From positions 1-34,755 of the IMG/VR virus record IMGVR_UViG_3300005573_001292: a stretch of DNA of 34,755 nt; one strand, 5' to 3'. Made by a program: the position numbers and the translations under genes. Under the pieces are notes generated by a model. It was not told the DNA's origin. It made no database searches and worked only from the letters and a program-made list of their open reading frames with translations. The stretch comes from a virus (taxonomy: Duplodnaviria; Caudoviricetes). How positions within the stretch are numbered: position 1 is the stretch's first letter; every line of letters starts with the position of its first letter. Positions 16,707 through 25,204 of the stretch are shown piece after piece.

Positions 16707-17789
16707 GTGGACCTGAACATCGTGTACCTTAGCGATGCCGTGGTTGGCGGGTGGGTTACCTGCACGGCCCATTTTGTCCGTGGCCTGCAGATGATGGGGC
16801 ACAACGCTACGCTTTACTGCCTTCGCAAGACCAGCGGCTATCAAGGCCGGTTCGGCTATGGCGTAACGTTTACGGCTGCCACAGGAAGTGACATGCTCCG
16901 ACTGCCTGGCCAAAGGCCAACGATCATCATCGCCGTAAGCCCGCCAGTTTACACACTGGCTATGCAGATGGTCCAGCGCGGCGCTATCCTAGTCGTGCAC
17001 GACGGCGTGGAAGCAATTCGCATACAGCAGCATTGGGACCTTAGCCGGTCGCCGGTAATTGTTGTGCGCCAAGCAGTCAGGCGGTATTTCCCGAACTCAT
17101 ACTTCGTCCCCCATTGCTACATCCGGGCCGAAGGTCAATGGCCACCTTGGGAGCAGCGCCAGAATTTGGCTATCAGCCTTGCAAGGATTGATTTCGACAA
17201 GCGGACCGATATCATCCTGGAAGCGAACAGCGGACTGCCCGAAGAATTGCGCATAACCCTGTTTGGCGGGGAAAATCGTGTGTTCAGCAGGAAACTCCAA
17301 AAGCGGTGGCCAAATCTGTTCAGGCAAGGACAGACCAAGCGATACTCACAACATGATCCCACTGCTGCTGTGCGTACTGCATCGCAGTACAGGTTCATGG
17401 TGGATATGTCGGTCATGTATGGCGACGGCGGTGGGACGCAGTACACGTTCTTCGAGGGTGCCGACGCTGGCTGCGTACTGGTCCTGAACTGGAAGTGGAT
17501 CAAGTACGCGGGTGAGCTTGACTTTGGCTACGATGTCGCCCCAGAAATGGTCCCAGGGGTAAACTGCTTGGCAGTTTCCAATGGTGAGGAGTTGCGACAA
17601 CTCCTCCTTGATTGTCACAAACGCAAGGATGACCCAGACTTTATCCGGCAAATGCACAGCTTGCTACAAGGCGGGGAACAGCTGTTGCGCAACCACAGCC
17701 CAGAGGTTGTCATACCTAAGCTGATCGGATGCATCGAAGCAATTTACGGAAGGAATGCATCGTGCAGTCATAATGCGAAAAGAGCTTAA
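16707..17789 (+). CDS. GT-B fold glycosyltransferase (probable DNA/nucleotide-modifying)
   Basis: N-terminal GG motif, ARIDFDK, DGGGTQYTFFE..AG matching the GT4-type acidic-x7-E region; first gene of the modification cluster. Confidence 0.75.
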   Translation: MDLNIVYLSDAVVGGWVTCTAHFVRGLQMMGHNATLYCLRKTSGYQGRFGYGVTFTAATGSDMLRLPGQRPTIIIAVSPPVYTLAMQMVQRGAILVVHDGVEAIRIQQHWDLSRSPVIVVRQAVRRYFPNSYFVPHCYIRAEGQWPPWEQRQNLAISLARIDFDKRTDIILEANSGLPEELRITLFGGENRVFSRKLQKRWPNLFRQGQTKRYSQHDPTAAVRTASQYRFMVDMSVMYGDGGGTQYTFFEGADAGCVLVLNWKWIKYAGELDFGYDVAPEMVPGVNCLAVSNGEELRQLLLDCHKRKDDPDFIRQMHSLLQGGEQLLRNHSPEVVIPKLIGCIEAIYGRNASCSHNAKRA

Positions 17790-17804
17790 TTGCGGAGTAC
17801 CACA

Positions 17805-18704
17805 ATGACTGTGTTCCTGCCAGATCTGCTAGACAGGTTCTTATACTGGATGGAGGAGCGCCAGCGCATTTACCTGCGCCGACAGCAGGGCCAGCCCTGG
17901 CCATGGACAGACGACCCGATCCTGCAGCAGTACCGCTTTTGTAACGTTTATCGTGAGCAGGATCGTACCACCACTTGGATCCGCGAAAACTGGCGCGAAC
18001 CATATGCCGACCACCCAAATCTGTGGTTTGCTTTGTGCATAGCACGCCAAATCAACTACATTGACACCTTGGCCGAAATAGGTTTCCCAGAGCAGTGGCA
18101 GCCGCAGCAAGTTCTGCAGGTAATGAAAAGTCGCAGGGAGCGTGGCCTGAAAGTATTCACATCAGCCTACTTGGTAGGGGGCGGTGCCCCCCTTGGTGTA
18201 AGCAAGATAGACTTTATGGTGTGGCAAGTGCTGGATCCGCTTTGGAATGAGACACGCAACAAGACACTGCCTTGGGATAAACAGGACTGCACATTAGAGC
18301 GGGCTACCATGTTCCTTAGCAAATTCCGTGGCTTTGGGATGTTTATAGCCTATGAAGTTGTGACCGACATGCGCCACACACGCTACTTGCGCAATGCTCC
18401 AGACATTTACACTTGGGCCAATCCTGGGCCTGGGGCCGTAAGAGGACTAAACCGGCTTACTGGACGGCCATTACAATCTTCACCAGGTCGCGAACAATTG
18501 ATTGTGGAAATGCGCGAACTTTTGCAAATTGCTACAGACCGTACTGACCCAGCTATCCTGCCAAAATTGGAAATGCGCGACATCGAAATGTCCCTTTGCG
18601 AGTTCGACAAGTACGAGCGCCTTCGCGCTGGTAGCGGCAGGTTTGGTACTGGCCGCAGTAGCATGGAACGATACTACCCTGCAGAGCTTGGTTTAAGGAT
18701 CTGA
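17805..18704 (+). CDS. aGPT-Pplase1-family thymine hypermodification protein (HhH glycosylase-like fold)
   Basis: ERQRIY.RR..G.P.PWTDDPIL..YRFCNVYRE.DRTT, G.G.F.AYEVV.D, GPGA.RGL, RDIE..LCEFDKY. Confidence 0.85.
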   Translation: MTVFLPDLLDRFLYWMEERQRIYLRRQQGQPWPWTDDPILQQYRFCNVYREQDRTTTWIRENWREPYADHPNLWFALCIARQINYIDTLAEIGFPEQWQPQQVLQVMKSRRERGLKVFTSAYLVGGGAPLGVSKIDFMVWQVLDPLWNETRNKTLPWDKQDCTLERATMFLSKFRGFGMFIAYEVVTDMRHTRYLRNAPDIYTWANPGPGAVRGLNRLTGRPLQSSPGREQLIVEMRELLQIATDRTDPAILPKLEMRDIEMSLCEFDKYERLRAGSGRFGTGRSSMERYYPAELGLRI

Positions 18705-18716
18705 GGAGGATTAGCA

Positions 18717-19796
18717 ATGTACTGCATCCGTGCGCGCAACGTTAATGATGCCTGGCAGCAAGCCAAGGCCTTGCTGAATTCACGCCACATCCATCGCCCA
18801 AGCCGCGTTGGCGATGTCTGGGAATACCCAGAACCAGTAACTACATGCTACGAACGTCCAGCCGAACGCGTGCTGTTCGACCCGTTGCGTGATGCTAATC
18901 CCTTCTTCCACTTTATGGAAGGTCTTTGGACCTTGGCCGGCAGGAACGATGCTACTTGGTTGGCACAATTCAACAAGCGCGTGATGGAATTTAGCGATGA
19001 CGGCGTAACGTGGCATGATGCCTACGGATACCGTTGGCGCAAATACTTTGACATGATCGGCGGTGCCGAGGAGGACTTTACCGACCAGCTTCCCAAAATC
19101 ATCCGCATGTTAAAGCGCAGTCATGACGAGCGCCGGGCCGTTTTGCAAATGTGGGATCCTGTGGAGGACCTAGAACGCCCAGAATTGAAAGCTTTGCCAT
19201 GCAACTTGTGCGTGTGTTTTAAGATTCGCGAAGGCCGCCTTACCATGACCGTTATGAATCGTTCCAACGACATCGTTTGGGGCGCTTACGGATCCAACGT
19301 AGTAGTGTTCAGCATGCTACAGGAATACATTGCAGCCCATGTAGGCGTACCCATGGGTGAATATTACCAAGTAAGCGACAGCTGGCATGCATACACAGAG
19401 CGGTGGGCAGCCTATGGTGGGAATATTGTGCGCATGGAGGATGACTACTATGTACTAGGGTATGTAAAGCCTTACCCTTTGGTTGAAGACCCATCCTGCT
19501 GGGACGACGAGCTACAGCACTGGATGGAAGTCAGTACAGGTGCTGAGCTAGACGATAACTACCAGTACCGCAACAGTGTGTTCCCTAAAGTGGCTTGGCC
19601 TTTGCTTACAGCACATCGGCTTTACCGGCAGGGCGATTTGCTGAGCGCTATTCGCGTGGTAAACGAGCGGTGTGCTGCTACCGACTGGCAGGCAGCAGCC
19701 AGGGAATGGCTATTGCGACGGTGGAACAAGCGCCAACAGCAGCAAAGTGGGGTAAGCCAATGGATGGTTGTGACGAGTTCAAACGCTTGTGGCTAA
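18717..19796 (+). CDS. thymidylate synthase-family protein, probable dUMP hydroxymethylase
   Basis: NPFFH..E.LW, AYG.RWR, catalytic PCN, RSND..WGAYGSN (Asn at the dUMP-specificity position), S.H.Y; GAGGAG RBS. Confidence 0.85.
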   Translation: MYCIRARNVNDAWQQAKALLNSRHIHRPSRVGDVWEYPEPVTTCYERPAERVLFDPLRDANPFFHFMEGLWTLAGRNDATWLAQFNKRVMEFSDDGVTWHDAYGYRWRKYFDMIGGAEEDFTDQLPKIIRMLKRSHDERRAVLQMWDPVEDLERPELKALPCNLCVCFKIREGRLTMTVMNRSNDIVWGAYGSNVVVFSMLQEYIAAHVGVPMGEYYQVSDSWHAYTERWAAYGGNIVRMEDDYYVLGYVKPYPLVEDPSCWDDELQHWMEVSTGAELDDNYQYRNSVFPKVAWPLLTAHRLYRQGDLLSAIRVVNERCAATDWQAAAREWLLRRWNKRQQQQSGVSQWMVVTSSNACG

Positions 19797-20458
19797 TGCG
19801 TCGTGGCGGGCAAGTGCTGCGGTTCCACACGGAGCCGTTCTTCCGCCGCCAGACCGTGGCGGAACACACATTCGGCGCGTTGTTAATCTTGTATGAAATT
19901 GCCGACAACGTCACCCCAAACCTAGTCCGTGCATTGTTGCTGCACGACCTAGGGGAGCAATACACTGGCGATTTGCCAGCCCCAGCAGGTTGGCGCAATC
20001 CACAAGTGCGCCAATCCTTGGACCAAGACGAGCGCCAGTTTCTACAGCAGTTCGGCACTGTGACAATTACTGACGAGGAGCGCCGCTTGCTTGAAGCTGC
20101 CGATGCCCTAGATTTGTGTTTTACCGTACTGGAAAACTTGGCCGAAGGCCGTTTGGACGCTTTGTCCATGGTCGAACGGTTGCTTGAACCCCAAGTCAAG
20201 TCCCGCGTTAGCGTCAACGAGCGATCGTGGAGGTTGTACGATGAGTGGCGCAAGCGTGCCCAAGCTTTGTGTGAACAGCAAGGCCGCGTACTACGCACTC
20301 TCGCGCAGGTTAATGCTTGGCAATATTCTGCGACAGTGGTCGTTTCCCGAGTTCCTGGACCTGGCGACGAGGAATGCCAGCCAGTTACCAAAACGCGTCA
20401 GCCTGCGGACAACCAGAATCAACAGCCGCCAAGCCCAGCGCTACCGAATGACGGTTAA
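19760..20458 (+). CDS. HD-domain deoxynucleotide phosphohydrolase (YfbR/DatZ-like)
   Basis: RFH, QTVAEH, LLHD..E..TGDLP, AD.LD; low-complexity tail overlaps the next gene. Confidence 0.8.
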   Translation: MDGCDEFKRLWLMRRGGQVLRFHTEPFFRRQTVAEHTFGALLILYEIADNVTPNLVRALLLHDLGEQYTGDLPAPAGWRNPQVRQSLDQDERQFLQQFGTVTITDEERRLLEAADALDLCFTVLENLAEGRLDALSMVERLLEPQVKSRVSVNERSWRLYDEWRKRAQALCEQQGRVLRTLAQVNAWQYSATVVVSRVPGPGDEECQPVTKTRQPADNQNQQPPSPALPNDG

Positions 20459-20828
20459 ACAAGCCTTGCAACTATGCAAGCGCTTAGTGCAGGCCGGCTA
20501 CCAGGAAGATGAATTGCTGCTTGACGAAAGTGCACCGGATCGCATTGTAGTGCTACAAGCCGAGGTGATGAACAGCCCTAGATTCCTGGACATGCACTAT
20601 TGCTTGCATTCTGGAGTGGGAATGCGCCAAGCCTACGCGATGATGAGTTACGCCAATGGCCTAACGGCTGTAAACTTACTGCGCGCTTACCTTGATCCGC
20701 CCAGCATGGACACACTTTTGGCAATACTGCACGACTACAGTGACAGCGTTGTCGAGCTGTCAACGTACCCCATTAGTGTTGGGGTCCTTGGCTGGAACAC
20801 TTTGTTCTGGGAGGTCCGCAACTACTGA
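20241..20828 (+). CDS. hypothetical protein (195 aa)
   Basis: ATG 20241 with GGAGG RBS; stop overlaps the helicase start (TGATG). Confidence 0.7.
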   Translation: MSGASVPKLCVNSKAAYYALSRRLMLGNILRQWSFPEFLDLATRNASQLPKRVSLRTTRINSRQAQRYRMTVKQALQLCKRLVQAGYQEDELLLDESAPDRIVVLQAEVMNSPRFLDMHYCLHSGVGMRQAYAMMSYANGLTAVNLLRAYLDPPSMDTLLAILHDYSDSVVELSTYPISVGVLGWNTLFWEVRNY

Positions 20829-22315
20829 TGATCCGGGCCGTACTTACCAACCGCAGAACATACTTCCGATGCCTGCCATCGGAGCAACTACGGCTGCGCG
20901 AATTCTTCCGATATTTTGTCCCAGGAGCGCAGTACAGCGAAAAGTACCAGTCCGGCGCATGGGATGGCTATCTATACCTTATGCGCCGTGGCGTTGTATC
21001 TACCGGCTTGTTCCTGGCGCAAAGATCGGCTATCGAGGCTAAACTCGGGCCAATAGTAATTGATGATCGCAGGCGGTTTCCAAAATTTCGCGATACATTC
21101 CCAGATGTAGTTGAAAGTCGCATCCGCGACTATCAACGCCAATGTGTCCAGGCAATGATCCGCGCCAGTAACACTGGCGGCATTGTTCTGAATTGTACCG
21201 GCAGTGGCAAAACATTTCTGGCAGGAGCGTTCCTTTCCCGGCTGGTGGGTAAGGCATGCTTTATCGTGGATGAGCTTACTCTGCTAGAGCAAGCCAGGCA
21301 CGAATTAGGCCAGTGCCTTGTAGGGGAGCGTGTAGGCATCATTGGGGCAGGCATCTTTCAGCCTGAACGTGTAACCGTAGCCACAGTCCAGACTCTGCAC
21401 AAGCGCCGCCACAGTCAACAGTTCCAGCAATGGTGTAAGGACTTGCAGGTAGTAATCTTTGATGAGGTTCACTTGGCCCTGAACCGGCGCAGTACGGATT
21501 TGTTTGACACCATCCAGCCCCTTGCCGTTTACGGGTTAACAGCAACCTTGGAACTGGACAAAGACCACATACGCATGCCCGCTGCCGCTTTGGCTGGGCC
21601 AGTAATTTACACTTACCCGATCGAGCAGGGTGTGCGCGAAGGCTACATTGCCCCTGGGGTCGTGTGCCAGTTGCTGTTCCCCGAATACGGCTTCCGCGGC
21701 AACTATGAGCGGCTTTACTATCACCTGATCAGCCACAATGAAAGGCGCAACCGCTGCATAGAGCTGTTGGCTAGGGAGGCCATAAAGCGTAAACTGCCAA
21801 CGATCATCCTAGCGGAACGAATCCAGCACTTGCAGGAATTGTCGCGGCGCTTGGCTGATGTACGCCATGAACTGCTTACCGGCCAGCGCCCAAAGGATGA
21901 GCGCTACGTTGCCAAAGTGGCCATGGACCAAGGCCAGCTGCCATTGATATTGGCTTCCAAGATCTTTGCCAAGGGCATAGACATTCGTGTGGTCACAGTA
22001 ATCATCAACGCCGGTGCAGGCCGGTCGGAATCCGGTGCGATCCAGCGTTATGGCCGTGGGACGCGCAGGGCTGCCGGCAAGCTAGGGCTAATTTACGTGG
22101 ATGTAATGGACCACAGCCCAGTGGGCAAGACTGACCCCCGCTACAATCCATTCCAAGTCCATACTGACAGCCGCATTAAAGCCTACAAGAAGCTCGGCAT
22201 GCCAGTGTTCGCTATGGTTTGGACTGGTGATGCAGGGAAGGTGATTGATCACGCTATGCAGAGACTGGAGGGGAGTTCGCTAGGCGAGTATGGAATGGAG
22301 GCGAGTCCCGTATAA
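20828..22315 (+). CDS. superfamily 2 DNA helicase (UvsW-like)
   Basis: RDYQ, TGSGKT, DEVH, GLTAT, KGID, QRYGRGTR; N-terminal WDG motif. Confidence 0.9.
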   Translation: MIRAVLTNRRTYFRCLPSEQLRLREFFRYFVPGAQYSEKYQSGAWDGYLYLMRRGVVSTGLFLAQRSAIEAKLGPIVIDDRRRFPKFRDTFPDVVESRIRDYQRQCVQAMIRASNTGGIVLNCTGSGKTFLAGAFLSRLVGKACFIVDELTLLEQARHELGQCLVGERVGIIGAGIFQPERVTVATVQTLHKRRHSQQFQQWCKDLQVVIFDEVHLALNRRSTDLFDTIQPLAVYGLTATLELDKDHIRMPAAALAGPVIYTYPIEQGVREGYIAPGVVCQLLFPEYGFRGNYERLYYHLISHNERRNRCIELLAREAIKRKLPTIILAERIQHLQELSRRLADVRHELLTGQRPKDERYVAKVAMDQGQLPLILASKIFAKGIDIRVVTVIINAGAGRSESGAIQRYGRGTRRAAGKLGLIYVDVMDHSPVGKTDPRYNPFQVHTDSRIKAYKKLGMPVFAMVWTGDAGKVIDHAMQRLEGSSLGEYGMEASPV

Positions 22316-22318
22316 TAC
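22292..22318 (+). promoter_or_regulatory. putative phage promoter GGAA-N15-TATAAT (CGTATAATAC core), copy 3
   Basis: GGAATGGAGGCGAGTCCCGTATAATAC, closely matching the minus-strand copy at 7396-7422. Confidence 0.6.
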
Positions 22319-22320
22319 CT

Positions 22321-23013
22321 ATGGCAGGAAACAAAGGAATGGTGAGCCAGCAGTACGAGGTTCAGAACAGTTTAACCAATGCGATCGGGATTGACGAGTG
22401 CAACTATTGCACTTCATTTGCTGGCGATGTGGTTGTGGCTGCATGCTGGCTCCCGCTGCCGCCAGAACTCACCGGCATTAATGATTCCAAGAAACTTACC
22501 CACAAGCAGCGGCTTAAAGCTTTCAGTGAAATCGTCAATCATGGCACATTCAGCGTGGTGCCAGTGCCGGCAGCAACATGCCGCCATGCCAGCCTAAAGG
22601 CGATGCGCGACAGGGCCATGGCCGTTGCAGCATGGATGTTGCTGCAAATGCTGGAGGTAAAGCCGTCTGTCATCTTAGTTGATGGTGCTAAGGACCGCGT
22701 GCAGGCCGAAACAATACGATCCTTGGTAGGGGATGTAGAAATCGTCCAGCTTGTTGACGGTGACGCCAACAGCTACCTAATTGGGGCTGCCAGCATCGTG
22801 GCCAAGGTTTATGTTGACAGCCTGTTCTGGGGCTGGTCGAAGTTCTGGCCAGGCTACGGGCTGGAAAGCAACCACGGCACGATAACTCCCAAGCACCGTG
22901 AAGCTTTGCGCAAACTGGGCACTTCGCCCGTACATCGCATTGGCTATGGGCAGAACTATTGGGAGCAGATTTTGTCTGGGGGTGCAAGTGATGCAGCAAC
23001 AGATGCCTTGTGA
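22321..23013 (+). CDS. RNase HII-family nuclease, divergent
   Basis: IGIDE, AG.VVVAA, NDSKKL, VDG, GD, IGAASIVAKV, H..AL..LG...HR. Confidence 0.85.
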   Translation: MAGNKGMVSQQYEVQNSLTNAIGIDECNYCTSFAGDVVVAACWLPLPPELTGINDSKKLTHKQRLKAFSEIVNHGTFSVVPVPAATCRHASLKAMRDRAMAVAAWMLLQMLEVKPSVILVDGAKDRVQAETIRSLVGDVEIVQLVDGDANSYLIGAASIVAKVYVDSLFWGWSKFWPGYGLESNHGTITPKHREALRKLGTSPVHRIGYGQNYWEQILSGGASDAATDAL

Positions 23014-23365
23014 GTACGCCTCGGTAACACACAAGTTCCGCATCGGGTCGCTAAAGGGCTACCTGACAGTTGGACTTTGCCAGGATGGGCGGCCAAGCGA
23101 GTTATTCATAACCGTGGACAAAGTTGGAACTTTCGAGCGTGGCATGGCCCACGCCGTGGCGCAGCTTGTGTCTGCAGCTTTGCAGCATGGCGTGCCACTA
23201 GCGGCGATTGTTGAAAAGCTGCGTGGTATGCGGTTTGAACCTGCCGGCAAGACTACGAATGCGCAAATCCCATTTGCCTCCAGTCTGTGCGATTATATCG
23301 CGCGTTGGCTGGAACTTAAGTTCCTAGGGGCAGGCAGCAATGAACGTAGTGACAACGCAGTGTGA
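22991..23365 (+). CDS. stand-alone TSCPD domain (C-terminal domain of class II ribonucleotide reductase)
   Basis: THKF.I....GYLTVG...DGRP.ELFI, S.ALQHGVPL, RFEP.G.T, IP.ASS..DYI.RWL. Confidence 0.8.
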   Translation: MQQQMPCEYASVTHKFRIGSLKGYLTVGLCQDGRPSELFITVDKVGTFERGMAHAVAQLVSAALQHGVPLAAIVEKLRGMRFEPAGKTTNAQIPFASSLCDYIARWLELKFLGAGSNERSDNAV

Positions 23366-23555
23366 CTGCTGCGGCAGGCTGAAGATGGCGGCAAACCGGT
23401 GGTGGAAACTGTTAGTGTTCGAGCGGGGCTATGCAGTGTTACCAGCAGAGGCTGAAGTGTCAAGGGAGCTGGAAAGCTTGGCCGTTAAGATTATGGATCT
23501 GTGCAGCCAAGGATGCCTGCTGGCGACAGAAAGTGCCATGCAGGATCGTTGGTGA
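23340..23555 (+). CDS. small zinc-binding hypothetical protein
   Basis: CDCCG...DLCS.GCL; co-oriented and overlapping the upstream gene. Confidence 0.65.
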   Translation: MNVVTTQCDCCGRLKMAANRWWKLLVFERGYAVLPAEAEVSRELESLAVKIMDLCSQGCLLATESAMQDRW

Positions 23556-23586
23556 TGCATGAGGGCTTGTCCGGTAAGGTGAGTCG

Positions 23587-23636
23587 GGCGTAGCGCGGCC
23601 AGGCGCGGCAAGGCAGGGCAAGGCATGGCAAGGTTA
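23587..23636 (+). repeat. GGY-NN pentamer array 1 (10 units; probable ncRNA)
   Basis: GGCGT AGCGC GGCCA GGCGC GGCAA GGCAG GGCAA GGCAT GGCAA GGTTA; degenerate units from 23573; followed by hairpin GCCGGA-GAAA-TCCGGC at 23667-23682. Confidence 0.85.
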
Positions 23637-23710
23637 TGCGGTCGCATGAATGTCAGGAAAGTTTCCGCCGGAGAAATCCGGCAAATCTAACTACAATAAG
23701 GAGGTAAACA

Positions 23711-24352
23711 ATGGCTACAGTGGTCGAAAGAATTGGCTTTGGCAAGCCAGTAATTAATGCGCATAGGGTGCGTCTTCGCCTAATCGGGATGACACCCTTG
23801 TTGATGCACAATCCGTCCGGTACAATGTCGGCTGGTGTCGCAGTGAAAAGCTGCCGCGTACCGTCTCCGGAAGAGGAGGCAGAGGCTAACTTGTATGCAT
23901 CAGACGACGGCAGGCTTTATGTAAAATTCGCTGCGATCCGCTCGTGTGCGCTATCGGGCGCGAAGAGTCTGAAGATCGGTAAGATGTCCGCCGCGAAGTT
24001 TCTTGCTAGATGCATGTTGAACTTGGACTTCAGCGAACCGTGCTGGCTCTTCCATCCGGAAACCGGCAAACCGCTGACAAAATCAGACTACGTGATAGAT
24101 TTGCAGCGTGTTGTTGTCCAGCGGCAGGGCATTATACGCGCACGACCAAAGATCATGGAATGGGCTACAGACGTAGAGTTCATTCTTGACGCCACTACAG
24201 TCACACGACCGGAAGAATTAGACAAAATTCTGCTTGATGCACTTACACGTGGCGGCCAGATTTGCGGAATCGGTGATTACCGACCGGAAAGGGGCGGACC
24301 ATTTGGTAGGTTCTGGGTTGAACTGATTACATCACCTAACGGGAGGAAGTAA
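23711..24352 (+). CDS. stand-alone Cas7/RAMP-like protein
   Basis: beta1 RLRLIGMTPLLMH, DGRLYV..AAIR..AL (like Csm3/Cas7 G.P.IPGSS.KG), RARP...W...F, C-terminal Gly-rich loop GIGDYRPERGGPFGRF; AAGGAGGT RBS. Confidence 0.75.
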   Translation: MATVVERIGFGKPVINAHRVRLRLIGMTPLLMHNPSGTMSAGVAVKSCRVPSPEEEAEANLYASDDGRLYVKFAAIRSCALSGAKSLKIGKMSAAKFLARCMLNLDFSEPCWLFHPETGKPLTKSDYVIDLQRVVVQRQGIIRARPKIMEWATDVEFILDATTVTRPEELDKILLDALTRGGQICGIGDYRPERGGPFGRFWVELITSPNGRK

Positions 24353-24354
24353 GC

Positions 24355-25032
24355 ATGCTGACCGACACAGCCATTGAAAAAGTTCGGGCAGCAGAGTTGA
24401 TCCTGGATTATAACCTGTACCCACGCCACCAAGTCAACCCGATGCACGTTGCGGATCTGCGGCGAGCGATCGAGGCAGGCTGTGAATTGCCACCCATTAT
24501 AGCTGACCGCCAGTCAAGGCGAGTGGTAGATGGCTTCCACCGCGTTAAGGCCGTGCTGCGCATCTCGCCAGACGCAGCCATTGCTGTAGAGTGGCGGGAC
24601 TACAAAAGCGAAGCTGATCTGCTGCTAGATGCAATTGCACTAAATGCAGCACATGGCGAAAAGCTTACACCTTACGACAAGGCTCGGTGCATAAGCTTGG
24701 CAGAACAATATGGGATCGAGAAAGTACAACTTGCACAAGCATTGCGCATCAGGGTTGTTGAGCTGGAAAACTTGACAGTAAGGAAGTTTGCCTACGACGG
24801 CGTGCGCCAAATTCCAATCAAAGGCACGCTGCGCCCGTTTGCTGGAAAGCGATTATCGGAGGAGCAGGTTGAAGGCAATCGCCGTGCTGGCGGGCCACCG
24901 GCCCTGTTCTTTATCAACCAGGTGCGGAATCTGATCGTGTGCAATCTGATTGATCGCAATGATCAGACCGTGGTAAGTGCGCTAATGGAACTCCATAAGT
25001 TAATCGAGGAGTTCCTAAGTGTTAAGCGTTAG
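24355..25032 (+). CDS. ParB/Srx N-terminal domain protein with HTH-like C-terminal part
   Basis: YPR, LPPII, VVDGFHRV.A, N..HG..LT..DK. Confidence 0.8.
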   Translation: MLTDTAIEKVRAAELILDYNLYPRHQVNPMHVADLRRAIEAGCELPPIIADRQSRRVVDGFHRVKAVLRISPDAAIAVEWRDYKSEADLLLDAIALNAAHGEKLTPYDKARCISLAEQYGIEKVQLAQALRIRVVELENLTVRKFAYDGVRQIPIKGTLRPFAGKRLSEEQVEGNRRAGGPPALFFINQVRNLIVCNLIDRNDQTVVSALMELHKLIEEFLSVKR

Positions 25033-25047
25033 CGACAGACAGGACGA

Positions 25048-25112
25048 GGCTAGGCGGGGCCAGGCGGGGCGAGGCGGGGCAGGGCAAGGCAGGGCAAGGC
25101 AGGGCAAGGCAG
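25048..25112 (+). repeat. GGC-NN pentamer array 2 (13 perfect units; probable ncRNA)
   Basis: NN = TA GG CA GG GA GG AG AA AG AA AG AA AG; two in-register GAC-NN units from 25038; followed by stem TGGCGCTT/AAGCGCCA at 25123-25177. Confidence 0.9.
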
Positions 25113-25204
25113 GTGCATTTATTGGCGCTTTGGCGGCGGCTTGCTGCGAAGCGCGGCTAAAACCCGTCCAAGCGCCATGCTGCCATTGTAAACGAATTAC
25201 TCGC

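Noticed and set aside
16206-16913. ORFs 16206-16394 (-) and 16554-16913 (-)
   Set aside because: Non-ATG starts without RBS; they run through hairpins and homopolymer tracts or lie antisense to the glycosyltransferase
18717-19796. dCMP hydroxymethylase with T4-like glucosyl-hmC
   Set aside because: The specificity position after RSND..WG appears to be Asn (dUMP-type), not Asp, and the neighbour belongs to a thymine-hypermodification family; not fully excluded without an alignment
19760-20458. 2-aminoadenine (Z-genome) pathway suggested by the DatZ-like HD protein and unusual PolA
   Set aside because: No PurZ in the window; the neighbours point to pyrimidine modification
23429-23647. ORF 23429-23647 (-) with PCPALPRLAA
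   Set aside because: Antisense read-out of pentamer array 1 and the upstream gene
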